Of a stretch of DNA of 64,000 bases, positions 48,453 through 56,954 are shown piece by piece. The notes below the pieces were generated by a model that was not told where the DNA came from, did not search any database, and saw only the letters and a list, made by a program, of their open reading frames with translations. The position numbers were made by a program, and so were the translations under genes. This stretch comes from Candidatus Stramentimicrobium fermentans (GTDB lineage Bacteria; Atribacterota; Phoenicimicrobiia; Phoenicimicrobiales; Stramentimicrobiaceae): contig JAAYOB010000005.1 of NCBI GenBank assembly GCA_012520575.1, positions 10,171 through 74,170 of the forward strand, in the 5' to 3' direction. How positions within the stretch are numbered: the first letter of the stretch is position 1; each line of letters starts with the position of its first letter.

Positions 48453-48487
48453 GTCTAAAATTTGTTATAATATGGAATAATATATAG
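48453..48487 (+). promoter_or_regulatory. SigB-like promoter motif P3 (minor-pilin operon)
   Basis: CTGTTTT-GTCTAA (48453-58), 14 nt, TGGAAT (48473-78), then AATATATAGTG. Spacer is 1 nt longer than in P1 and P2. About 40 nt upstream of the fimT/gspH-like gene. Confidence 0.5.
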
Positions 48488-48525
48488 TGAGAGGGAAAAT
48501 AGTATATTTTCTTATGTGCTGGTAG

Positions 48526-49008
48526 ATGAAATACCATTATGAAAGGTGTAATAGCGCTAAATCGAACCGCGGATTTACCCTGATTGAATTAATGGTTGTA
48601 GTCGGAATAATTGCGGTGCTGTTAACAGTTACAGGAAGGGCTCTTTTTATCGTAAAACAGAACCACGACCTGAACATTACGGCTCGTCAAATAGAGGCAG
48701 CTCTGAAAGATTGTCAGGCCAGTGCTTTTTATAGCGGAAGCTGGTATAAGGTTTACTTCTGGCCATCTATAAACCGATACCGGGTTTATCGGGGAGCGGG
48801 TGAAGTGGTGAAGGATGTCCAGTTGGAAAACATAAAACTGCACCACACCAATTTTATAGACCACAGAGTTGACTTTTATAGTACCGGTATACCCAGTATG
48901 GGCGGTACTGTAACTTTAAAAAATAAAAACGGGAAGACATTATATGTTATCATGACACCGGTGACCGCCAGGACGAGAGTAAGCACAGAACCGCCGGATA
49001 ATTGGTAG
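48526..49008 (+). CDS. Minor pilin, GspH/FimT-like
   Basis: SNRG|FTLIELMVVVGIIAVLL. C-terminal ...STGIPSMGGTVTLKNKNGKTLYVIMTPVTARTRV is typical of the GspH/FimT fold. Confidence 0.75.
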   Translation: MKYHYERCNSAKSNRGFTLIELMVVVGIIAVLLTVTGRALFIVKQNHDLNITARQIEAALKDCQASAFYSGSWYKVYFWPSINRYRVYRGAGEVVKDVQLENIKLHHTNFIDHRVDFYSTGIPSMGGTVTLKNKNGKTLYVIMTPVTARTRVSTEPPDNW

Positions 49009-49138
49009 CTTTATATTATTTTGCGGGAGAGAAATGCAGGAGTTTTCGGTTTACAGTTCTCAACCGTCTGTCTGTATTTTATTTAACTGAAAGAATTAAA
49101 AAATTGATTAATTAACTAACTACCGGGAGGTATTCCCA

Positions 49139-51535
49139 ATGCTAAGAATAAAAAGAATATTAACCCAAAGTCCCAAGGGTATGACCTTAATTGAACTGAT
49201 GATAGCAGTCTTCATTTTGGCTTTAGTTGCAATGGGGCTATTTCGGGGATTTACCGTCGCCTTTCAAGCTATGGCAGATGCTAAAGACCGTACCATGGCC
49301 ACCAACTATGCCCAGCAAATATTGGAGAGTTATAAAAACACCCCTTTTGAAAAAATTCTGCCTTCTTCCGGCTCTATAGAAGGGACTAAATTCTTTAAAA
49401 ATGTAAGTGTTAATCAAATCGATGAAAGTTTGAAAAAGGTTATTACTAGAATCTCTTGGGCAGATAGGAATAGTGATGATGCTGATAAAAGAGTAGTGGT
49501 AGAAACTTCCATTGCTGATACCCGGGTAACTGCTCAGGAAAATGCAACTCCGGCGGGAATTATTATTTATGCCAGTTCCTATAATTTATTGCCGGGGAAC
49601 GATCCTGAAAACCGCGACAGGCCATCTCATATTTGGGCAAAAATTGTAGACGAGCATGGTAATTTGATTATCGATTGGGATGAAGAGAAGGTATTATTTA
49701 CGATTGAATCAGAAGTCGGACTAGATAATGAGCCGGTGTATGATACACTTGGCGGCTTTACTCCGGCATATTTTAATGAATTATTATCAGATATAAGAGA
49801 CGGTGTGGCAGAAACAGATTTTTATCAATATCAAGCTGAAGAAAGGCAAGGTTATGTTACTATTAAAGCCAGTTTAACTGTAGGAGCCGAAGAATTATAC
49901 GATACCTTAAGGCTGAAAATTACCAATGAAGCTGTTGCTGTTGTCTTGTCTTCTGAAGGTAATAAGCATATTATCAGTACAGAAGGCGGAGAAGAAGGAA
50001 TAGCGCATCTGATTGCTAAAATCGTAGATGCCGCCGGGGATATAGTCACTACTGAAAATAGACCGGTTACTTTTGAAATAATTTCCGGACCGGAAACATC
50101 AAGTCTGATAAACATGATACCTACTGAAAACGGTATAGCCAAAATAGATTTAAAAGCCGGTTCCCTGACCGGCAGTAACACGGTATTGGCAATGCTCATT
50201 CCCCTGGAACCGGGAAGCATCACTATTCAGGTTGTTGACCCCGGAATTCATAATTTTAAAATTGTAGCTCCTGCCCCTAATACAAAAATTGCCCAACTGG
50301 GCTCTGTTGAAATAGTTGCCCGGCTGACAGATTATTTAGGCGAACCTATATCCGGTAATATAATTAACTTTGCAATTGAAGACGGTTCGCATTTGGGAAG
50401 TATATCTCGAAGTAGCGATACAACAGGGGAAGCCGGTAATGCAACTACCGAGTTAACTATGAATTATGCAGGCACGGCAACTATCAAGGCCTATTGGATT
50501 GATGAAGAAAATAATGAGATTTATGATACTATTCAAATTGTCTGCGGAAATCATTGGTTATATGTTGAAGCTGACCCTTTGAACGTCTATGAAGGCCATT
50601 CATCAACTATCAGGGCAGCGCTGACCAACGTATTTGGTGCCCCTGTGCCTTCTCAATATATCAATTTCAGTGTTAAAGAGGGAGATGCCACATTATCTCC
50701 GCTCAGTGCTTTGACCGATGAGGAGGGAATTGCAACTGTCACACTTACTGCGAATGAGCCCGGGGACATTATTGTCAGGGCAGAATGGCAAGAAGACCTG
50801 CAAAACGTTTTTGGGGAGGTTGAGGTATCGTGCATAAATGCCCCGATTTATCAGGTACAGCTCAGTGCCCCAAAGACTACAATTTCTGCGGGTGAATCAT
50901 TAGAGCTTACTGCTGCCGTAACCGAAAATGGCAATCCTGTTAATGGTATCACCGTAACTTTTACCGTTTCCGGCTCTGCTGATGCCAAACTTGATAACCA
51001 AGCACCCTCAATAAGTAAAGATACTGATGAAGATGGAATTGCAACTGTTACTTTAAGCGGATTGAATCCTGGTGAATCGGCTACGATAACTGCAGAAGCA
51101 GGAGATAGCAGTGATAGTATCACAATCAGCTGCGAAGTACCGGAAATAGCAATTAGGCTGAATCCCGCTTACAATCCAAGACTTCAAGGTAATAAACAAG
51201 TTTATTTTGGTATAATTGTAGAAAATGATGACATTAATCTAAATAAAATGAAAATATCATGGAGTCCGGCGTCAAATGAAGGATTAAAAGAAGTGTGGAT
51301 TGACGATACGCAGGTTTATTTAAGTGGTATATCTGGAGGCTCTGCAAATGGAACCGAGATCAGTTTCAATGTAGCTCCATATTCATACCAATTAGAAAAA
51401 GATAGAAGTTACGTAATTAAAATGGTTTTTATAGTAAATGGTAATATGAAAAAGAAACATTGGAACATAGAATTTTTTAATCCGGAAAACAATGCACCCA
51501 TTGTTCCGGCGATTGAGTTTTATTTAAAAGGATAA
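49139..51535 (+). CDS. Large modular minor pilin: PilV-like prepilin N-terminus fused to about five Ig-like (Big_1/invasin-type) repeats and a C-terminal domain
   Basis: SPKG|MTLIELMIAVFILALVAMGLF, then repeats ending ...EEGIATVTLTANEPGDIIVRAEW and ...EDGIATVTLSGLNPGESATITAEAG. 798 aa. Confidence 0.75.
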   Translation: MLRIKRILTQSPKGMTLIELMIAVFILALVAMGLFRGFTVAFQAMADAKDRTMATNYAQQILESYKNTPFEKILPSSGSIEGTKFFKNVSVNQIDESLKKVITRISWADRNSDDADKRVVVETSIADTRVTAQENATPAGIIIYASSYNLLPGNDPENRDRPSHIWAKIVDEHGNLIIDWDEEKVLFTIESEVGLDNEPVYDTLGGFTPAYFNELLSDIRDGVAETDFYQYQAEERQGYVTIKASLTVGAEELYDTLRLKITNEAVAVVLSSEGNKHIISTEGGEEGIAHLIAKIVDAAGDIVTTENRPVTFEIISGPETSSLINMIPTENGIAKIDLKAGSLTGSNTVLAMLIPLEPGSITIQVVDPGIHNFKIVAPAPNTKIAQLGSVEIVARLTDYLGEPISGNIINFAIEDGSHLGSISRSSDTTGEAGNATTELTMNYAGTATIKAYWIDEENNEIYDTIQIVCGNHWLYVEADPLNVYEGHSSTIRAALTNVFGAPVPSQYINFSVKEGDATLSPLSALTDEEGIATVTLTANEPGDIIVRAEWQEDLQNVFGEVEVSCINAPIYQVQLSAPKTTISAGESLELTAAVTENGNPVNGITVTFTVSGSADAKLDNQAPSISKDTDEDGIATVTLSGLNPGESATITAEAGDSSDSITISCEVPEIAIRLNPAYNPRLQGNKQVYFGIIVENDDINLNKMKISWSPASNEGLKEVWIDDTQVYLSGISGGSANGTEISFNVAPYSYQLEKDRSYVIKMVFIVNGNMKKKHWNIEFFNPENNAPIVPAIEFYLKG

Positions 51536-51553
51536 TAACCAGAGGAAAATATT

Positions 51554-52093
51554 TTGAGAATAAAAAATAAAAAATTCAATATAATCAACAATACCCGAGG
51601 TTTCTCCTTAATTGAATTGATGGTAGTAGTGGCGATACTGGGTTTCATAATCATTGGATTGGTTACATTTTTTAGCGGGGGCACTCGTTCCTGGATAATA
51701 GGGCAGTCTCAATTAAAGGCGCAGAGAGAAGCCCGTTTAGCATTAGACCGTATGGCAAAAGAGATAAGAGAAGGAGATAGCTTTGATAACAGTTCAGGCG
51801 ATAATAAATTGATTGTTAAATTTGACGTTCTTGGTAAATCTGATTTAACATATAACTGGTCCGGAAATCACGGTGATAGTTTAACACGTAATACCGGACC
51901 TTTTCTGGATAATGTGCATGATATAACTTTTGTTTATTTAAATCAGTCAGGCATTATTATGACTAACCCTGTAAATGCTTCTAAAGTATTAATAAATTTA
52001 CAGATAGATGTAGATGGTGATGCTCAAAAGGGTGGAAACCCTGATATAATATTGGAAACAGAAATTAGTTTACGAAATTTCGATTATAAATAA
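51554..52093 (+). CDS. Minor pilin, PilW/GspJ-like
   Basis: NTRG|FSLIELMVVVAILGFIIIGL...AQREARLALDRMAKEIREG. TTG start. Confidence 0.7.
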   Translation: MRIKNKKFNIINNTRGFSLIELMVVVAILGFIIIGLVTFFSGGTRSWIIGQSQLKAQREARLALDRMAKEIREGDSFDNSSGDNKLIVKFDVLGKSDLTYNWSGNHGDSLTRNTGPFLDNVHDITFVYLNQSGIIMTNPVNASKVLINLQIDVDGDAQKGGNPDIILETEISLRNFDYK

Positions 52094-52255
52094 AGATTAA
52101 TGTTAGTAGATTGCTTGTGTAATATTATTAAAAAATAAGATAAAATAGATATATTTAAAGTTTCATCTATATTTACACAAATATAATAGATATTTGAATT
52201 ATCGCAATATTAAGTTAATTATTTTTAATAGAAAATCATATTTTTTTGAGAGAAG

Positions 52256-53614
52256 GTGACAGATATGATAAATATATTTAAACCTGTCAAGGTTAATAAA
52301 AATGACCATATTCTAAAATCGCAAAAAGGAGCTGCTCTACTGACGGTGATTATTTTCACGGTGGTTCTGGTCAGTTTCGTTATTGCCATACTAAAAATGG
52401 CTGGAAATGACACTCAATTATCTGCCATGCAGCGAGATTCTACAAAGGCATTCTATTTAGCCGAGGCCGGGATTGAAGAAACCATCTGGAAATTAAATAC
52501 AGGCGACATTTCCTTAGATGACCTTAATTGGGGTGAAGAGCTATTACTGCTGCATGAAGGAAATCCCGATGAATATTATGATGTAACTATAAGAGCTTAT
52601 CCCGAAGATGATCCGCGGCGTGGAGCAGGCGATAATCCAAAAGACTGGATTGCCATTGAGTCTCAAGGGGTAATTGCCAGCAACAGAATGGATGCGGATG
52701 GAGAAAGAATTGCGGCGGGGAAAAGGACTGTAGCTGTTGATGCTCATTTCGCCCTTACTCAACATACCACTACTATTTACGACAAAGCAATCCTTACCCA
52801 ACACATGATCACTTTTCAGGGAAACCCCGGGGCTGAAATTATCGGAGGAGACATTCATTCTAATTATGGAATAGATGTTAAAGGACCTTTTACTTTTGAT
52901 GGGATTGCCACTACCTCCGGAGTGCCTGATGGTTGGCCTGATACATCTTACAGTTCTTTAAATGACCTTGATAACACACCTAATGGAGATTTTTCAGGCC
53001 CGGAGAATTGGCAGCCAATGGATATTCCCGCTGTCCCCTATGATGATTTAAAAGCAATGGCTATCGCTAATGGTACTTATTTTGCAAATGGTTATGATTC
53101 GAAAAACTATAGTAGAGGAGAACAAACGTTTACCGGTATTGTTTATGTAGAAGGGGATGTTATCTTCAGAAACGGTGATTCCCTCATTATTACTGATGGG
53201 GCTCTTATTGTCGGTAAAAATAATCCTGATAATCCCAATGATTCTTCAGGTACCGTGGAATTTAAAAATGGTTCTAATTTAACAATACAAAGGAGCGACC
53301 CAATCCCGGAAGGAGCTTATCCGGGACCGCTTGGACTTGCTGCAATGGGAAATATTCTGCTGCATGCCAGTTCTTCCGCTGTCAATGGTGTAGTGCAGTC
53401 AGGCGGCTATTATGACGCTGACGGAAATCTAATGCCGGGAGGGATGGTTGATTTTCGGAATAATTCAAGGGTAGTAGGGGCAGTAGTGGCAGAAGAGGTA
53501 TGGATGCATAATAATACTACCATTGAATATGATGGAGAATATATGGAAAATTTCCAGCATGTTACCACTATTGGCAATGAGAAATTTGTAAAGGTATCCT
53601 GGCGGGAAATATAA
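52256..53614 (+). CDS. PilX-like minor pilin/pilus-tip protein with large C-terminal domain
   Basis: QKGAALLTVIIFTVVLVSFVIAIL...STKAFYLAEAGIEE matches the PilX_N/GspK-type N-terminus (no Glu5). The ~330-aa C-terminal region has beta-strand-rich G/N/D repeats. ATG 52265 is an alternative start. Confidence 0.6.
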   Translation: MTDMINIFKPVKVNKNDHILKSQKGAALLTVIIFTVVLVSFVIAILKMAGNDTQLSAMQRDSTKAFYLAEAGIEETIWKLNTGDISLDDLNWGEELLLLHEGNPDEYYDVTIRAYPEDDPRRGAGDNPKDWIAIESQGVIASNRMDADGERIAAGKRTVAVDAHFALTQHTTTIYDKAILTQHMITFQGNPGAEIIGGDIHSNYGIDVKGPFTFDGIATTSGVPDGWPDTSYSSLNDLDNTPNGDFSGPENWQPMDIPAVPYDDLKAMAIANGTYFANGYDSKNYSRGEQTFTGIVYVEGDVIFRNGDSLIITDGALIVGKNNPDNPNDSSGTVEFKNGSNLTIQRSDPIPEGAYPGPLGLAAMGNILLHASSSAVNGVVQSGGYYDADGNLMPGGMVDFRNNSRVVGAVVAEEVWMHNNTTIEYDGEYMENFQHVTTIGNEKFVKVSWREI

Positions 53615-53819
53615 AAAATAGTGAATAAATCAACCGAAAGATGGAAAACATGGCTTTAACTTTTAACTAAAGGTTTAAAAAGTAATTAAAATGTAATAAA
53701 ATTATTGCAATATAATGGCTCGTTATATATAATTGAATGAAAGCAACAGTCTTGCTCAGGTATTGGTGATAATTTCTATAAATTAGATACAATTAGAAAA
53801 TTGGAGAAGAAGGGCATAA

Positions 53820-55028
53820 ATGCTTGCTATTGATTTTGGTGCATATTCCATTAAGGCGGTAAAGATAGAGAGGAATAGGAGCGGTTATTATTTATCCAAC
53901 TTCGGCATAGTATTAACTCCCCCGGGCAGCATTGTCCATGGCGAAATAAAAGATGTCGATTCGGTTAGCCAGGCCTTAGGTAAGATGTTGCAGAAAAAAG
54001 GAATATCGGATAGAAACTGCATAATCGCTCTCACCGGACAAAAAGTAATTGTACGGGAAATCACCTCCCCGTTTATGACCGAAAAAGAACTGAAAGAAGG
54101 AATACGGTGGGAAGCCCCTAAGTATGTCCCCTATGATTTGGAAGACTCATTATTGGATGCTAAAATAATTGAGGAATTAGAAGAAAAAGACGGTTCCCGC
54201 ATGATTAAGATATTACTGGTCGCCTCTCCCAAAAATCTGTTGGAACAGCAGATTGCAGTTTTGAAAAAACTGAAATTGCAGCCCCGGGTAGCAGATATAG
54301 TTGCTAATGCTCAAATGAGAGCTTTTGAAAGTTATCTTGTGCCGAGCTCCGGTCTGAACGAAGAGGGCACCCTGATAGATATAATTCTGTCTATCGGTGC
54401 CAGTACCACAGAGATTACTTTAGTAGAAGGGGATAGATTAAAGTTCACCAGGACTATTCTTAAAGGCGGGGATGACATTAACCGATTGATTGAAAATAAG
54501 TTAAACGTTCCCTTTCCGGAAGCCGAACTGCTTAAACGGCAGGTCGGTCTTGGCTTGGATGAAGAAGATCCTGTGCCTGACCCGGAAAAAAATAGCAAAG
54601 AAAAAATAACCGAAATTAATGGTATGATAGAACCGTCAATTACTTCAGAACAGGCAGACAAAGAGCCGATTCACATAAAAGCAAATACCGCAGAAGATGA
54701 AAAAGAAGCCCCCCTACCCAATGAAGAAAAAATCGCTGAATTGGTAAATTCAGGTGTTACTGAAATATTCAATGAAATTCGTAAATCCTTAAATTATTTT
54801 AAGACCCAATATCAGAAAGTAAATTATCAGAGAATCATCCTATGCGGCGGCATGACTCGATTATCCAACCTGGGGCAAATGCTTAAAAAGCAATTTGGAA
54901 TTACTGTTGTAATAGCTAATCCATTAAAAGATGTCGTGGTAAATGAAAGTATAAGCAATGTGGAAGCCCTTGAGGAACAAAAATCTGCCTTAGCTACGGC
55001 AGTTGGATTGGCAAAAAGAGAAAGGTAA
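53820..55028 (+). CDS. pilM: Type IV pilus assembly protein PilM (actin-like ATPase fold)
   Basis: MLAIDFGAYSIKAV N-terminus, SIGASTTEITL, ILCGGMTRL. Followed by pilN/O. Confidence 0.85.
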   Translation: MLAIDFGAYSIKAVKIERNRSGYYLSNFGIVLTPPGSIVHGEIKDVDSVSQALGKMLQKKGISDRNCIIALTGQKVIVREITSPFMTEKELKEGIRWEAPKYVPYDLEDSLLDAKIIEELEEKDGSRMIKILLVASPKNLLEQQIAVLKKLKLQPRVADIVANAQMRAFESYLVPSSGLNEEGTLIDIILSIGASTTEITLVEGDRLKFTRTILKGGDDINRLIENKLNVPFPEAELLKRQVGLGLDEEDPVPDPEKNSKEKITEINGMIEPSITSEQADKEPIHIKANTAEDEKEAPLPNEEKIAELVNSGVTEIFNEIRKSLNYFKTQYQKVNYQRIILCGGMTRLSNLGQMLKKQFGITVVIANPLKDVVVNESISNVEALEEQKSALATAVGLAKRER

Positions 55029-55039
55029 AAAACAAGGGA

Positions 55040-55657
55040 ATGGCTAAAAATAAGTATACTGACAGAGATATTAATCTGCTGCCGGAGGAATACCGGGAAA
55101 AAGAAAAGTACAATTTTCCAAGATTGTTTTTCACTGTCTTCATAATTCTGCTTTTGGCTGCCTCAGCTTATTTGTATGTTTCTCTTGAGAATAAAATATT
55201 TGCTCGGGAAAATCAAATAGCAAATTTAGAAATTCAGTTAGAGAGCATTGAAAAGATTATACAGGAAGTTAAAAACTTAGAAAAAGACCGGGAGCTATTG
55301 GCTGACCGAGTCAAAGTTGTTGAAAGTTTAATTACTACTCAATCTCGCCTCACCCGTGTGTTAGGCGATTTTGGCGGTACTATTCTGCCCGAAGTATGGC
55401 TGAACAACCTGAGTCTTAGCTCCAATAACACTTTTAGCTTTACCGCTGATACCTTTAATAATTATCTTATCGCACAATATATGAATACCTTAAAAGATAG
55501 TGAACGTTTTGATGCTATAGAATTACAATATATACGCAAGCAAAATACTAAAATACCTGAACTCGATAAAAATATAGAAACCGTAAATTTTCAATTATCG
55601 GGAGTTTTTATACCCTACCGTCCCGATTATGAAGGCAAAATCCAAGAGAACAAATAG
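55040..55657 (+). CDS. pilN: Type IV pilus assembly protein PilN
   Basis: INLLPEEY motif, single TM, coiled coil. Confidence 0.85.
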   Translation: MAKNKYTDRDINLLPEEYREKEKYNFPRLFFTVFIILLLAASAYLYVSLENKIFARENQIANLEIQLESIEKIIQEVKNLEKDRELLADRVKVVESLITTQSRLTRVLGDFGGTILPEVWLNNLSLSSNNTFSFTADTFNNYLIAQYMNTLKDSERFDAIELQYIRKQNTKIPELDKNIETVNFQLSGVFIPYRPDYEGKIQENK

Positions 55658-55669
55658 AGGTGGACTCTT

Positions 55670-56227
55670 TTGAAATTACCTAAATTGAGCAAAAGAGCTA
55701 AAATTGTGCTTTCTTTTATTTTATTTGTCGTCTTCCTTTATTTTATTTACTTTTTCATCTATGTACCAAGGAATACTAAGATAGAGGAATTAGATAACAA
55801 AATAAGCAGCCTTCGGAGTAAAATTGATGATGGCAGAAGAATCGCTGCCCGTTTAGATGTTTTACGGAAAGAATACCAGGAATTAACTGAAAAGATGGAA
55901 TTTATGGAAGTCCTCTTACCTAAAGAAAAAGATATCCCGGAATTTTTAGTTATGCTGCAAGAGACCATGGATGAATTCAATATAGACTTTACTAATTTTT
56001 CTCCGCAAAACTTATTGGTAGATAGAGATTCTATCTATGCTCAATTACCGATTCGGCTTACCTTTACCGCCGACTATTTTGAAACTATAAGATTCTTAGA
56101 TAGGCTGGAGAACTTTCCCAGAATTGTCGATGTCAGGGATTTAAAACTGAATCCGGTCGGCGAAAACTTGGAAAATGTTAATGTAGATATGTCCATGTTT
56201 ACTTATGTTTTAGTGAAAGGAAATTAG
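55670..56227 (+). CDS. pilO: Type IV pilus assembly protein PilO
   Basis: TM plus coiled coil, then LLPKEKDIPEFLVMLQE...IRLTFTADYFETIRFLDRLENFPRIV, typical PilO. Confidence 0.8.
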   Translation: MKLPKLSKRAKIVLSFILFVVFLYFIYFFIYVPRNTKIEELDNKISSLRSKIDDGRRIAARLDVLRKEYQELTEKMEFMEVLLPKEKDIPEFLVMLQETMDEFNIDFTNFSPQNLLVDRDSIYAQLPIRLTFTADYFETIRFLDRLENFPRIVDVRDLKLNPVGENLENVNVDMSMFTYVLVKGN

Positions 56228-56231
56228 TGTT

Positions 56232-56954
56232 TTGAGCAGGTTGAATCGAGTATTATTAGTTATCGTAGTTATTTTAGCGGCTGCTACTGCACTGGTTTGG
56301 TTCAGGCCGGACATGCTTGATATGTTTATGTCCTTCTCCTGGGCTGATTTAAATCCCTTTAAAGGTAGAAATATCGCCACTGAGCTGGATGAAGAGAGTA
56401 CTGCTACAGCCGGAGTTCAGCTTCCCTCCGAAAAGGCAATAGCCGGTCCTTCGCAAACAGGCATAGCTCAAGTTTCATCTGAAAAGAGTAAGGTAGACGA
56501 TAAAAAAGAAGTGGAAATAATAGAGGAAGAAAAAGAACTGACTTTTTTGGAAAAAGATATAAATCGCAGACAAGAAAGCTACCAATCCAAAATTTTCACC
56601 TATGAACCCTATCAGATACCGGTTAGGCGTAACCCTTTCCAGCGGGTAGTGAATACTGTTTACTTTAGCGAAGCAGAAGAAATAATTGCTCAGGGGTTGG
56701 ATACTGAAGAGGAACTCCGTAGATTTGTATATCCTGAACTTCCACCGGGAACAAAATGTTCCGGCTTTATTTCATCCGGTGACAACAAATTAGCTATTAT
56801 TGAATTAGACGGAGAGACCTATATTGTAAAAGAAGGCGATACCCTTTTGGACCACTATGTGGTCAGCTCAATAGAGACGGATAGAGTAGTCATTGATATT
56901 AACGGATATCCAATTCCTATAAAATTGGGAGGTGAGGAGGCTAGTAATGAGTGA
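56232..56954 (+). CDS. PilP-like pilus assembly protein
   Basis: N-terminal TM, acidic linker, C-terminal beta-domain GDNKLAIIELDGETYIVKEGDTLLDHYVVSSIETDRVVI. Position between pilO and pilQ. Confidence 0.6.
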   Translation: MSRLNRVLLVIVVILAAATALVWFRPDMLDMFMSFSWADLNPFKGRNIATELDEESTATAGVQLPSEKAIAGPSQTGIAQVSSEKSKVDDKKEVEIIEEEKELTFLEKDINRRQESYQSKIFTYEPYQIPVRRNPFQRVVNTVYFSEAEEIIAQGLDTEEELRRFVYPELPPGTKCSGFISSGDNKLAIIELDGETYIVKEGDTLLDHYVVSSIETDRVVIDINGYPIPIKLGGEEASNE

